Source of the DNA: Phoronis australis
Taxonomy: Eukaryota > Animalia > Phoronida
DNA: 64,000 bases
Direction: 5' to 3'
NCBI GenBank assembly: GCA_002633005.1
Contig: NMRA01000069.1
Location: forward strand, 425,740 to 489,739
The notes under the pieces are model-generated. The model saw nothing but the letters and a program-made list of their open reading frames with translations, did not search any database and was not told where the DNA came from. Both the position numbers and the translations under genes were made by a program. The number at the start of each line of letters is the position of its first letter. Positions within the stretch are counted from its first letter, which is position 1. Positions 50,501 to 63,299 of this stretch are shown one piece after another.

Positions 50501-51568
50501 TAACTTTTGAAAATTATAGCTTTTAGTAAATGTTTGCAAATAATTTCAGTACTGTTGTGGAGATTTGTTGTGCTGGGTAAGAATTGTCACTTGCACTTAT
50601 TGAGTAGGACAGTGCCACATTTAGAATCCAGACCAGTGCAGTGCCTGTCCAACTGTGTGAAAGTCTACCAGAGACAGTCCGACCTGAAACGTCACTCTTT
50701 ATGCAATCTGGTGCCTTGGGTTAGAACTGTAAAAATCTAAATTGAGTAAGTTTTATTCATCTATGCACGTGCCCTTAAAATAAATCTATGGTTTAAAGTT
50801 GAGACAGGATTGTTTTGGGGCCGAGACCCGGTAGCTTTGACTAGTTATGAAATAACGAAGTCCATTCTAATTCTGCCTTTCTGGTTTTGATTGAAATTAA
50901 ACCTCCATTTCTTTTGTAGTCTTCCATAAAATTAACCTAGTCTAACTCGCATTTATAAGCGGTGACACTTAATTAAAGGTGTAATAAACCTACGCCATCT
51001 GTGAAAAAACAACTTTTTCTATAAAATTGATGTCATTTTATTTCTTTCTAGTGTGTTAAAAAAGGTTTCCAGGCTTGGGAACGAAGAGTTCACTGTTGTT
51101 TTAGACCAGGCGCATTCAGTTTTCTTGTAATGGTGGCTCTGTTTCACTAGTAGCGTGCAGAGTTTTGGTGATGCCCGGGGCGATTTGTTTATTGGATGTC
51201 CCTCTCTTGTTCTACTGCATGGGCCTAGTACTACAAAAAGGAAAAAAGGTGAAACCTAAAATTGAAACTTGTTATTCAATTAAACTACAAATCAGTCACA
51301 ATTTCAAGAAGTTTATAGTTAGTGTTCCCTGATGCGGATGCCCGGGGCCATCACCCCCTGTCCCCTTCTGCAGGCTACTGCGTTTCAGCCGCTGAATCAG
51401 TGGGTCTGCTGATTTCCAGGGATTTTATTGTGGTACCTTTCTTTTCAAAAAAAGAACAAGAATGCACAAATGTGCCTATGAACAAAGTTTTTTTTGACAA
51501 TCTGGTCTTTACTGACTAAATAAAGGTCACATGATTTGACATCAAGGTCTTTGAAGATAAAAACCGAT
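47168..51568. repeat. Near-identical tandem duplication 47168-49463 / 49465-51568, separated by N at 49464 (probable uncollapsed haplotypes)
   Basis: Collinear copies differing by SNPs, small indels and one MITE. Confidence 0.92.
47688..47846. mobile_element. 159-bp Tc1/mariner (pogo-like) MITE with TA TSD
   Basis: ta|CCGTAATCGTTCGGGTTAACGCCC...GGGCGTTATCCCGAACGATTACGG|ta (23/24 TIR match); the empty site gtaacTAttacc is present in the other copy at ~49960-49971. Confidence 0.93.
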
Positions 51569-54500
51569 GCAAAACACATTCCTGTCAGAATTTCAAATAT
51601 ATTGTTCCGATAAAACGGAAGAGAATAACAATTGTTGTTGAATTGTTGTCCCGAATTTTTGAAGGTTTATTCTGGCTTTTTGAATTGTAAGCTTGATAAA
51701 TCTTTTTCGAGATTGTTATAACTGTTTATTTCCTGAAGACAGTTGTTTGTGCGTGTACATATTTGAAAATGAGTGAATTAAATTTGTTAGCAGGTCTCTG
51801 TAAATAGAAGCCTTATGAGTACTCTCATTTGGCAGGAAAACTTCTTGTTTGTATTTTGTATTCAAGTTTATTGGTGAAGTGTTACGACTTATTTATGTAT
51901 AATGTATGCATGCTAATCATGTCTTGTATCCAATCAATTCTCTCCTATTGGTCGTACTATTATGTTATTAAATACTGTACTTTATGTTTACAACACGCCT
52001 TTCTTTTTAAAATTATATTGTCTATTATCCTCTTGACATAACACAACCTGTTGCTTTGTCTTACATTAGGAATGCATTGCCTGTTTTATTTTTGCTTGTA
52101 AAAGTTACCAGGGCTCCATGTTCAATCTCTGTACTCCAAACTCACTGGAAAATTGACTAACTTGAATTGCATGTGACACATCTAATATTGAAACTTAAAA
52201 ATTTGTACTTGAATCATGCAAGTGATTGGTTAAATTTCAAGTCAGAACGAGTCCTGAGATAACGTCCCTGGACCCTTGTATATTTCCAAGTCTGCCAGAA
52301 CATCATTTTAATCAAATGGCTTGTATGCGTTTTTTATAGAATTGAAAGTGAAGCTATGAACACAGACGCCACCTACCGTTTTCCAATTATACTATGTTGG
52401 TGTTTTATAACAAAGTTGTTTGGAGGATTGTTTATTAGTTGCCGTCCTTCCTTGATCTCCTGTTCTAGAATGTCTGTGTATAAATACTCGTGTATAAGAC
52501 GGGGATATTTTAGACTCGAAAGTCGAGTTGGGTGATGTTTTATTGGTACATTGTTGGGCACTATGGAGAATATCAGTCATCTGGCTCTATCCTTGGCGAA
52601 TAAAACTGAATGAAAGAACAAAAGTGATGTCTTTTATTTCCGATTATTTCGGGTGGACTTGAATTTAGTGTTAAAGATGTATTTGCATGCTCCCAACTAT
52701 GCTAGTGTATTGCAGGAACTAAATGGCAATGCTATTTGAACATCGTCTATGCTAAAGCAATTGCAGTTGTATTCATTGACAACTTGTAAATGTGAAAACA
52801 AAAAAAATCTGCAAATAAATGACCTTTGCACTAATGGCATACCTTGAGGGCTCACATAGCCTGCAGCATGCAATGTTATTCCCCAACACTACGTCACGAT
52901 ACTGGACACGGTTGAGTGATTTTCGGCTGATCATTTTCTACAAAAAACTCCTTCTTTAAACATTTGGCAATTTTTAACGTACCTCATTCATATCGTTGCG
53001 TTTCAAAATATCACAGAGATAACGAATTAGCATGCAAGTTTCACTTTAATGTTATGTAGGACCTTATCAGTCTGTGTATTTACCGATTACCCACAAAACT
53101 AGGGCCTACAGTGAGTACGCATTTTTAAAATGTAGCAAAAAGGTACCTCCACACCAAAAAAAAAACCATAGCAATATCATGGCCAAATTTCGTTTGATAT
53201 AATTGTTCAAGATGAAATTTTAAAAACGCTGGTACAGTTTTCTAAATTGTCATTTCTGTTTTTGTTTGATGCAACTTTTGAGTATTATTCATAAAAATCG
53301 TAAAAGTTCTATTTTTGATAGCCCGTCTGCATAACTGGAACATTTTAAAAGAATTCCTGACATTGGAGAGAACAATGCACAAAGCGAAGTGTCAATAAGG
53401 GCGGTCGTTTATATTCAATACGTGACCAATGCTTGTAGTTTTTGTCTTATTAGTACATCGATTTTTAAAAATCGATAACTACACACTGTGTAGTTTTTTC
53501 CAGCTGAATACCGCCGTAGTTATTTTTACGAAAATTATTGGTTTATGGATTTTGAAAATTCGCCGGTACTTAGTACAACCAGAGATGTTTTCTACGGTGT
53601 ATGGCCTGATTATTTACTTTTAATTGCGTCTTGCTCGCACCGGACAATGCGGTCATCACACCTGTGTCCGAGTGCCCCCCCCCCCTTTGATCCTAGCTCG
53701 TAAAAGCCGCTCACAACACAGCTGAAGGACAAGCGATGAAAATTACAGTCCCATGTATCTTGTGTTTTTCTTGTTAAGCCTATTATTCAAGACGTGTTTT
53801 TGATGTACGATGTTCTAAAGTAGGCCAAATTTGAACATCACTTTTCTTACCTTAAATGTGTACAGTGTTGGAAGAAAAGGAAATATATGAAGGAGGGTGG
53901 TGCATAGATCACTGAACCTGGTGTCCATAGGCTTAATGTTTCCGAATGATCTCGTGAAGGAATTTTATACAAGAAAATACTAAAGTATAGGCAATTAAGT
54001 CGTTGTTCCAAATGTAGCCCGTTGGTAAGTGCTCCGGCCCACTTGAGGGCAGGAATCTCGGCTTATCCCGCCCTATAAGTCATAGTTGTCCAATTTCCTT
54101 CCCGACCTGTGCACTGCTTCCCAGTAGCTGGTCTAGCCAGATCGCTCAGATATCACTATAGCCATATCACTGCCGGGTTGTCGTAGTAAACATTTCGGTA
54201 GTGTGGATTCCATGCTCAGTGGTTATTTCTGAATCCGACGATACCGATGGAATGAATGGTGTCTTTTCAATAAACACTGATCGAACCCGTCCAATCATGA
54301 ACCTTTTGAACGCCTTCTTCACTGTCTATTTTTCGGATGTCATCTTGCTCGCAATCCCATAAAGAATAATAAGCAACCATGGTACTTCAAGGCAATAACT
54401 CAGTCGTGCCTTTGCTGTCATAAAAGACGAGTACCGGGTGCCGTTTATCGTTATCATGGACATATCAAAGTGAAATTGGTTAGTCAAAATAACAGTGATT

Positions 54501-55467
54501 CAGGGCCCGATTACCGACAGGCGTACCCGAAATTTTATGAGCTTGTCTGAACTGAGCTTGGTCTGCCGCTGCATGCGTCAGTTGGCTAGCCAGAGATCAC
54601 TTCTGAATTAATGAGTAGGAAGACAAATAGCAGAGAGTGGCCTGAATATTATGATCAAGACTTGTTTTAAGCACGGGTTTCAACTTTGATACTTTTCTTG
54701 AAACACGGGCCAGCAGAACTATACCGACCATCCAGACCTCAGGCAGTAAACCAAGCTGGGTAAAACACAACCAAATTTAAATACAAACTAATGACGATTC
54801 CATATCGTCATGACGCATTGGTCATGAAACGTTAACAGTTAGGATTCCCCTAAAACTAAGCTAAAACAGGCAAAGGCTACGATGTCATAATCTATCAATC
54901 AAGTTTGATTTACGAATAAGTGACATACTATGCTCGCAAAGAGAAAATATATTATTTTTACTGAGCCAGAATATCTTATTTCCATTTGGATACGGGATGA
55001 GTTCCCGGCCGGCGGCAACCCGGTGGTGCCCGGCCTATTACGCTCACTACTGAAAACACAGCCTCTTCGCCAACAGAAAAGAAAACAACAGATTACTGAT
55101 TTCTTCGGGAGTGCACAGTTGTTTTCCACGACAAACATATTGCTGCAAGTTGCCGTGAATGACAGACCCCAAGAGACTCACTGAACGTTACTGGCTAACG
55201 CGGGGCTACATCTTGTATTTTTATAGCCATATAATCATCTAATAGTTTTAAGAAAAATGAAAATAAAAAACATGAAGAGAAGCAAAAACAACAACAAGGT
55301 CTTACTGACATTTCTACTTAAATTTTAATTGTCACGACATTTAGCATTTTAGGCAGGCACCGACCGTGCCAGCCGTCAACCGACTAAGAAACGGCTCAGT
55401 GGACCCCGGCCAGCGGCATCACACTAACTTCCCCCATCACCACATGGGGCGCTTCACACCGATTAAT

Positions 55468-55480
55468 AACCGGAAGCGGA
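55468..55480 (+). promoter_or_regulatory. ETS/GABP-type motif in CpG-rich putative NGRN promoter, followed by a short first exon ending at 55524
   Basis: AACCGGAAGCGG within CpG-rich 55350-55500; strong donor GAAG|gtatgt at 55524/55525. Confidence 0.45.
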
Positions 55481-55543
55481 CATGCGACTGAGAATGAAAA
55501 GTTACGAGTACTGCAGTTTTGAAGGTATGTGTGTAATCATAGT

Positions 55544-56600
55544 GTCCTCAGCTTCTGATCTTCATACTCTACATAAACGACCTTCCAGGCACCATTCTTT
55601 CTAATGTCCGACTTTTGCTGATGATGCAGTTCTCTACAGACCCATTGGTTCCCCCCACGATTGCCAAATTCTTCAATAAGACTTGGACTCCCTAGCCTCT
55701 TGCCTTGATTGACCCTTGCCCTTGGAAAACTCATGGAAAATGAACTTTAATATCTCCAATTGCAATATTCTTCGTATCCACAGAAAACGTTCCCCATAAT
55801 ATACAATTACAGCCTACACAACGCTTCACTCAAATGCATAAATGAAGCCCCATACCTCGGGGTCACTCTCACAAATAATTTATCATGGAACACTCATATA
55901 GACACAATCACCTCAAAGTCAAAGGCAAACAAAACTCTTGGCTTCATTAAACGAAATCTCAAATATATTCCTCAAAAAACAAAAGCCCTTGCCTACACTT
56001 CACTTGTTAGACCAAAACTAGAATACTCCTCCTCTGTCTGGGACCCATCCACTCGTACAAACATTGAAAAAATAGAAAAAATACTGCGTAGAGCAGCCAG
56101 GTTTGTTTTAAATGACCACTCAAGGTACTCCTCCGTTTCATCCATGCTCAAAACTCTCAATTGGCCCACCCTCCAGGAAAGACGAGCTCAGAACAAACTA
56201 TCCCTTCTGTACAAGACCGTACATAACCTGGTTGCTATTCCTGACTCATACCTTCCACTCCTACAGACCTCCTGATCACCAAACTCCCACTCTCATACCT
56301 TTGAAAGATTATACATCCGCACTGCATACTACGCAAACTCTTTCTTTCCATCTACCATTCTACTCTGGAATAGACTCCCACAATTCGCCATCTCATCAGA
56401 AACAATAGAAATATTTACAAGTCACATGTTGAACATCACTCTTACACAGTAATCATTAAGACCTTTTTATCTTGGCACTAACCAGCTCTTCGTTTTATCG
56501 TTATTTTTCAGTTACGTGCAACTAAGTTTTATACTAACAATGCGCCAACAAGTAAGGATCGATACCACGATCGTTTGTTGATTTTTGGAAGAAGAAGAAG
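55544..56600 (+). mobile_element. 5'-truncated, decayed non-LTR retrotransposon (CR1/L2/Crack-like RT C-terminus) in NGRN intron 1
   Basis: ILYINDLP...NVRL(F)ADDAVLY with frameshifts and stops; then YLGVTLTNNLSWNTHI, KANKTLGFIKRN, AYTSLVRPKLEYSSSVWDP, RRAARFV, LNWPTLQERR; (GAA)n tail at ~56588-56602. Confidence 0.9.
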
Positions 56601-56706
56601 AATGCACTACATATCCAATAGTTGATGGTTGAAAAATTGACACTCTTATGGCTTGGGCTGAAGCCCAAGAATTATACCATCTAAAGTAGAAGTGTAGGAA
56701 ATTTCG

Positions 56707-56775
56707 TAATGACCGGAACTTGAACCAGGGTTGCACGAGCGACAGTCAAGCATCTAAACCATTCGGCCAAGAGGC
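56707..56775 (-). mobile_element. tRNA-derived SINE head or tRNA pseudogene
   Basis: - strand TGGCCGAATGG (A box) ... GGTTCAAGTTCC (B box); acceptor and anticodon stems pair poorly. Confidence 0.5.
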
Positions 56776-56888
56776 AATTGCCACTTGGAAAGCGGCTTAG
56801 AGAGGTTTTATCTGACTGAAGTGTCGTCACAACCGGATGTCACGCTTCACACCGAAATCCATGAACAGGTGTAATTCAATTTTTTCAG

Positions 56889-57100
56889 ATGTCAGCGCCC
56901 ATGTTCAGATGGCTTCACCTCTCCATGAAGTGTGGTAAACACCTTCCAACATGCACACAAGCTGTGCATTATCAGCGACCGTCAAGACGACAATTTTTGG
57001 AAAAAGACGACGGTGGACTAAAACCTGGTCGAAATGTCGTAGAAGAAATAGAGGACAGACTGGTTGGAAGAGATGGTGGGATTCCACGCGATGTCATGAG
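56889..57100 (+). CDS. NGRN: Neugrin first coding exon (N-terminal, mitochondrial-presequence-like)
   Basis: tttttcag|ATG TCA GCG CCC ATG; MSAPMFRWLHLSMKCGKH...RDVM(R). Donor GAG|gtgtta is weak but phase 2, matching the next acceptor. Confidence 0.7.
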
Positions 57101-58388
57101 GTGTTATTACATTCTTATTTGTTCTGTGTCTTTTAAAATTCTTATATGGTGTTTGCAACATGTTTGAGTTTATGAATTTTAATGTTGAAAGCAAGTGGAA
57201 CCTGAACAGCCAGGGCTTTTAAAGAAATATTCTTTGGACCACAGGGGTCCTCAGCTTCTGATCGTCTCCAATCCAGTACACTATATTTTCTACAAGGTAT
57301 GACACTCAGACTAGGAATTCCACTGGTGCTTCACTTCAGCCGTCCAAATCAAACACATTTATATAACTTAATAAATTTAAACCAGACAGGGGTTTAACAA
57401 ACCTTGAGCAATTCTGCTGTCTTCTGATAGCTTTTATTTTGTGTTGCTGCAGCGAGTTCGCAAAAAATTTGCGGTCAAAGCAAAAAATCTTCCCGAAAAG
57501 CTGTTGCGTACTGTCAATGTGTCAAACGGAAATTACCAATTTGTCACTGAAGGTCACAACATCATTATAACTCCACACTTATTCGTAACCTTCTGTGATA
57601 AACCGGCAATTGTTGTCCATTGGTAACTCTTCGGATAATTCCGTACGGGCACATTGACAGTAAGCAGCGACATTTTGGGAAGAATTCTGTGCTTTGACCG
57701 TGAATTTGATGCGAACTCGCTGGAGGAGGACACTGTAAATGCTATCAGAAGAAAGAACAAATGGTCATGGTGTGCTGAACCCATTTTGCATAAGTTTATG
57801 GAGTTTTGTGTTTGATATGGACAGCTGATGTGAAGCACCGTGGAATTCCTTGTCCTGAGTGTCATACCTTGTAGTAAATATTTAGTGTATTGGGGACGAT
57901 CAAAAGCCGAGTACGCCTGTGCTTTGGACATCTATCAAAAACTACGTTTGGTACTTTGAATGCAAGTTTATCGAAAGTCTTAGTTTTAGTCAATAATGTA
58001 GATTTTCTGTTCAGAAGAGTCACATGCTTGCTGTCATCTTGTCACTTCCTGAAATATCAGTGCGACTGTGATTCTGTGGTATTTACCCACAAGTCTTGGT
58101 CTTTCATTGCTGTCGTCCCTATTGCTATCTTGCACCAAAGTTAGTTTCTCATTCGTTATTCTGACGAGTTGAAATGCAAACTTAAAAATTGACAGGCTGG
58201 GTTGTCAAGGATGAATCCCTCTTTACTTGTCCAGCTCAGTTCAAAAGTTTGTTTATGTTCTAACTTTTGGAAGCCTAGGTCAATCATGAAATGTTTTTCT
58301 ACCTCCATAAAGGAAACTTGAATTTGAGGCATAGCTATTCTTCAAGAAATTGTGTTTTAAAATTGGGACTGATCTCATTATCTTTCAG

Positions 58389-59631
58389 AGAAGATGGCAA
58401 GCTGCGTTTGACTGTCAAATACAAGACGATTCAACGGAAACATTTCAAAGAGCCTATTGAGGCTAACCTACTGACGTGGGATGCCAAGAACCAGATACGA
58501 TACCTACTCAAGGAGTACCCAGAATCTTGGACAATTGATCGGATAACGGAGAGTTTTCCTATCACACGGAAGGGCGTCATAAAACTGCTACAGTCAACGT
58601 GGATGCCTCACAGTGAAAAAGAAGTACTAATACATGACAGACGTGTGAAGAAACACTGGCTGCTGTTGACAAGTGGTGACGCTTCAGGGCCGGTCTCCTT
58701 GCTCTACCAGCAACTTGCGGCGGACGGCAAGTGGGATTTGATAACAAACGCTGCTGGGATTCGGCATCTGCCGAAGCCAGAGCATCGCGTCTTCCTTAGT
58801 GGAGGTACCCACGAGGTGGAACGACAGGTTGGAAAGTTTGAGATGATCGTGAAGGACTACTGTGAACAGGAACGCTTAGAGGAAGGGATGCAAACTTCAT
58901 GTAGTAAAGTGAATCAGAGAGAAGAGATTGAAGGCAGAGATGGTGATGAAACTAACAGTTTGCTTTTGGCCATTTCTAACTTGTGGAAAGAGAAATATGG
59001 TTCAACTATTACCAGTGAGGCTCATGAACAGGCTTCGAGCTACATATCAAAAATGAAACGGGAGAATTTGTCTGTTGAGAGCACGCCTCATAAGGACAAG
59101 GCACTGTCAAATGATTTCGGTATGGACAAATTTAAAAACAGTTTGATGTCGAATGAAGAAACTTCTTGGTTTGAAACTGATGTTGATTTCACGGATGTGA
59201 ATATGAAGTCTGGCAGCGAGGATGATGGTTTAGCTGAAATCAAACCCAGACACAGGAGTAGACACCTACGTAGGAGAGTAAGGTCAAAGGTCAACATGTT
59301 GGCTTATGACCCTGAGTTGTATGCTTTGAAGGATACTGAGAAAGTCAAGAGTAAAGAGGTCAGTAGTGAGCCACTCTACGAAAAAATGAAACGAAATGAA
59401 GTACAGGAAAACGTTTTGAAAAATGTGAAATTCAGTCAGCAAGGTGCCCTGGACGATGTTGAGGAACCTTATCTTTACGATGCCTACAGAGGTTACCAGC
59501 ACCCATTTGGTAAATATGATCCTGTCGCAGAGGGTATTAAGGTGGACAGATCCGTGCGGAAACAAAAACTGTACAGAAAGGGGGATGTATTTTATGCCAA
59601 AGATGGCGAATTTTTGTTTAAAGTTCCATAG
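58389..59631 (+). CDS. NGRN: Neugrin (mitoribosome biogenesis factor), main coding exon
   Basis: tttcag|A phase-2 acceptor. LLTWDAKNQIRYLLKEYPESWTIDRITESFPIT...IKLLQS resembles the neugrin-domain core (LTWxAxEQIRYLxxExPxxWxVxRLAExF). C-terminal YRKGDVFYAKDGEFLFKVP resembles the neugrin terminal motif. Confidence 0.88.
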
Positions 59632-61937
59632 ACCGTTTGAATTATTGGAGCTCACTGTATGTTATTACCGGTACAACAGTACCGCACATTGAATTAGAAA
59701 TGCCAAATGTTTACTTTGCGGACTTCCTTCTTTAACGTTCAGTTAAAAGATTCACATATTTTGCGACTTTATTCCTCACCAGTTTCGGACTCAATTTGTG
59801 CGTCCATGTTTTCCATGAAGGTGAGGAATGAGTTCAGAGAGTGCAGAGCGAGTTTAGTAAAATAACACGAAGTCACACTAGTCTAACACAAGATGGTGCT
59901 CATGTTTGTCTCAGCTTGGAACCCCATGAGGTACTTTGAAGTCTTGAATTATGAAACCGATTCATTACCACCCACAATGCTCCCATTTTCAATGCAGAAG
60001 TCCAGATATCTCATTCCCTGATGCTTTGCACACCAACAACAAATGTTCAACAACCTGAAGGTTACATTCAAAATCATTTGCGAAAGTCCTTTCATGGGAA
60101 TTATGAAGTTTTAATTTGTAATGCTTCTCAAGTGTAGAGCAAATACCAAAGACATTGGAACAATACGAACACTCCGTTTAAAACATGTTCACCTTCTCTT
60201 GAAATGCACTAAACTAAAATAGTTTAAAAATGCATTATTAGGTCGTTCACTTCGTGTTCTCTGGTCATTGTCCTAAAACAATGTAAAAATGAATGGAAAA
60301 TTTGAAAGTTCTCTAATTCAAAAAAAATCCCTTAGTTCAATTATGGAACTCCTCGGTGTATAGGTAACAGAAATATTGTAAATATCAAAATATTTTATTA
60401 GAAACCTTTCATTGATGCATACATACTTAAACTGAATGATAAACTTAAGTCTGTGTCTTGAGGATGAACTCTGCATTGAAGGTACCTGAGGTATATGTAG
60501 ATGGAAACCAATCTTTACGTCATTGCACACGTTAAAGTTGTAGCAAACTGTGCCGTTTGACTTAAACAGCACAAGACAAAAGTAATCTGACAATATACAG
60601 TTTTCGCAGCATGAAGGCTAATTCCGTTAACAGCAAAAATTAATGGTAATAACTTTTGGCGCAGCAAAATTCTAATTACAGCTTGGCTTAGCCACCTTGC
60701 TAACTTTCTTCTTCATTCTCATCAGGGGAGACTATTCCGACGATGAATTCAGCTTCTGCCCAGCAGTCACGATGTGGAATGCCAGGTCATTTTGTCTGAA
60801 TACTTTTGGCTTGTACTGTAAGCCGCTTACTGTTATGAAATGGACGTTCCCTCATTCCTAACACAGATAAGAAATGATTTCTAGTCTTGAGAACTGACAG
60901 TTCCATCAATGATTTAGATCAGGCTCGTTGCAGTGCTCGTCATAGTGGGTTGCCTTCAGGTGTCATGTCATGTGACCATCATAGGAATTCCAGGTGACAG
61001 ACAGTGTAACCAAATACAATTCAAAATATGAGACTGCATTGTCATTGGCTTAGGAAAGTACATGCACAAGTAATGAAAGTTGCTTTCGTACATGAGTTAA
61101 ATGAAGCCTGGCCAACAAGTTTGCACAAATAACTACAAAACTACAGTATAAAGTTTAATTCTCAATAGAAGTACCAATTTTCTGAAACTGGATAGCCAGT
61201 AAAATTGTTGAATTTACAAGAATCTAACATTAACTGTTTCATATGAGCATGCCTGTTTTAAGATTTAGCAAAATAGAAAGATAAAAAACAAATAACGCTA
61301 TCATTTACATGACTACATTTCTTCGGATAAAAATGTTCAAGATGAAATCTCAATTACTGTTTTTAATTTATACAAACTTTTAACTTTTTCATAAAATTCA
61401 GAAAAGTTCTACTTTATATCCCCTCTAATAGAAATGGAGCGTGTTTGTGACAGTTCCTAATTAAATCATTTTGTAAAACACTGCATAAACCACAGTATCT
61501 GAAAGTTTCATTCGAGTCCGATCCAACTTTACTGTCAGAGATTTGATGTTCCGAATTTAACCGAATTTGGACATTTTTCAAGAATTACAACCGTAAGTGG
61601 AAATACAGAAGTAAACTCGAAATTCTAAAACGTATTCGAAACAATGTTTTTCAAGACAGTACCACTTACTATCAAAGCACCAGTGTCGATTTCACAACTC
61701 CATTTAAACCTAAAATAATATTACAGACAAATCATTTCCAGCTATGTTCAACTGCAACACAGGAGGCCAATATTCTGTCATGTTCTTCTGCGGAAAGACA
61801 CTAAGCAATGTAAGTAATGTGGCCAAGTTTTGACGAGGCGTTTCAACGTATTCTGTCCTGCGTTACATCCTCTCACTTTGCACTGCAACAACATCTTTCA
61901 CATCAGACCCATCTATCCGAGATGCTGCTGGCATCCG

Positions 61938-62135
61938 TCACTCTGCACGTTTCTCTAGACCCGTCACCCAATGCTTTACACACGTCTGTATACGGAAAAT
62001 GAGCAAATTGGAGAGAAGTAAAGCCAGACACGTGACTATACTACTGGCACCATCGAAGATGAATCTAGGCGCGAATATCTTCCACACCATTAGGTGGCGC
62101 CGGAGAAGACCTGCAGCACACATGCTACTGAAAAC
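61938..62135 (-). CDS. PIGO: GPI ethanolamine phosphate transferase 3 (PIGO), last exon
   Basis: ttttag|GTT on - strand; VFSSMCAAGLLRRHLMVWKIFAPRFIFDG...* contains the PIGO/Gpi13 signature RRHLMVWKxFAP. Confidence 0.92.
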   Translation of the reverse strand, partial: VFSSMCAAGLLRRHLMVWKIFAPRFIFDGASSIVTCLALLLSNLLIFRIQTCVKHWVTGLEKRAE

Positions 62136-62477
62136 CTAAAACAAGACACAAAATTCAATCAACTTGGTGTTGGAGATGTCTTCAGCAAATCTCTACTCGA
62201 TATCTTGTTGATTTCAAAATGATAATTTAAGAGATACATTGACTGTAAACTTATTTTTTAAGACAAAGATATTATTAAATACTTTAAATGCTCCTAACCT
62301 GTAACACTAAATCCTACCCTAAAAGTACATGTAGGTAGCCCTGGGTATTTGGGGGGCCTGTGAACAGAGTGGTATTGCCTCAGGTTTTTATCATTAATCT
62401 CAAATACCTATTTTGGTCTGAATTTTAGATGTGCTACGGTAGCCTGGCCCTAATCACTATGCACGCTTGATGCTCAC

Positions 62478-62740
62478 CTTTGCAGCACTGAACATCACAT
62501 ACGTCAGTGACAATTTAAACATGGCTACTGTTAGTTCAGATTCCCTTTGCTGCAACTCCATCTCTTGGAGAGGAGAATCAGAACTCTTCTGACTGTGGAG
62601 ACTCAAAATGGCCTTCTTCCTGCTAACTGGCCATATGACCAACAGAGGGCAACAGAGTGTGAATAACACTTGAGATGAAAAGGTGTTGGAGAACATCATG
62701 ATAGCTGGCAGAATGTTATTGTTCCAGTGGCCGTGGAAAC
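62478..62740 (-). CDS. PIGO: PIGO exon
   Basis: ttttcag|GT TTC...AAG|gtgagc; FHGHWNNNILPAIMMFSNTFSSQVLFTLCCPLLVIWP...; phase 1/0. Confidence 0.9.
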
Positions 62741-63299
62741 CTGAAAACATAGGACTCGTGTGGGATTGGTCTATATTCGTTTCATTACATATCTACTGAT
62801 GCTTTATTTCATCCGCTTTTTTCACTTTTTATTAGCATGGTCTTACCAACTTTTATGAACAAGCATCATCTGCTTGCTTTGTATTCGAGGCTAATCATTT
62901 CCACTGCATTTCATTGGTCGGATTAGGAACAGCGACATCAGATGTCTGGGTAGCATGAATGAAAAGTGATATTCTGCGGCCAAGTTGGTCAATATTAACA
63001 CTAAACGAAATTTGTCATACCGAGTTTTAGCCAATCAAAGGATAGAAGAATCAGTGCTTGTGTAATAATAATACCATTTACAATTTAAATTAATATTAAG
63101 TATTGCTAATAAATATTATGTGGCACCAGTTTTCTTGTGAGATTGAATATGTCAACCTCTCCGTATGCAAGTTCTTTTGTAACTTACTGAGCTCACAAAT
63201 CTAACAGCGCCACCACAACACTTCAGTAACCTCATAAGAATGAGAGACACTTTGTACATACATTTAAAACCAATGTTAGGGAAAATGCCCAGCACTCAC

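Noticed and set aside
53830-54425. Coding-like - strand stretch with faint C-type-lectin-like words (IWLD, LKWAG, NCLYF)
   Set aside because: Several stops and frame changes and no convincing motif spacing. It needs blastx to be called a pseudogene.
56707-56775. Functional tRNA-Asp(GTC) gene
   Set aside because: A and B boxes are present but the acceptor and anticodon stems do not pair. Treated as a SINE head or pseudogene.
58291-58388. N-terminal part of the 446-aa ORF as the NGRN start
   Set aside because: It lies upstream of a good acceptor (tttcag ending at 58388) whose phase matches the 56889-57100 exon, so it is probably intronic.
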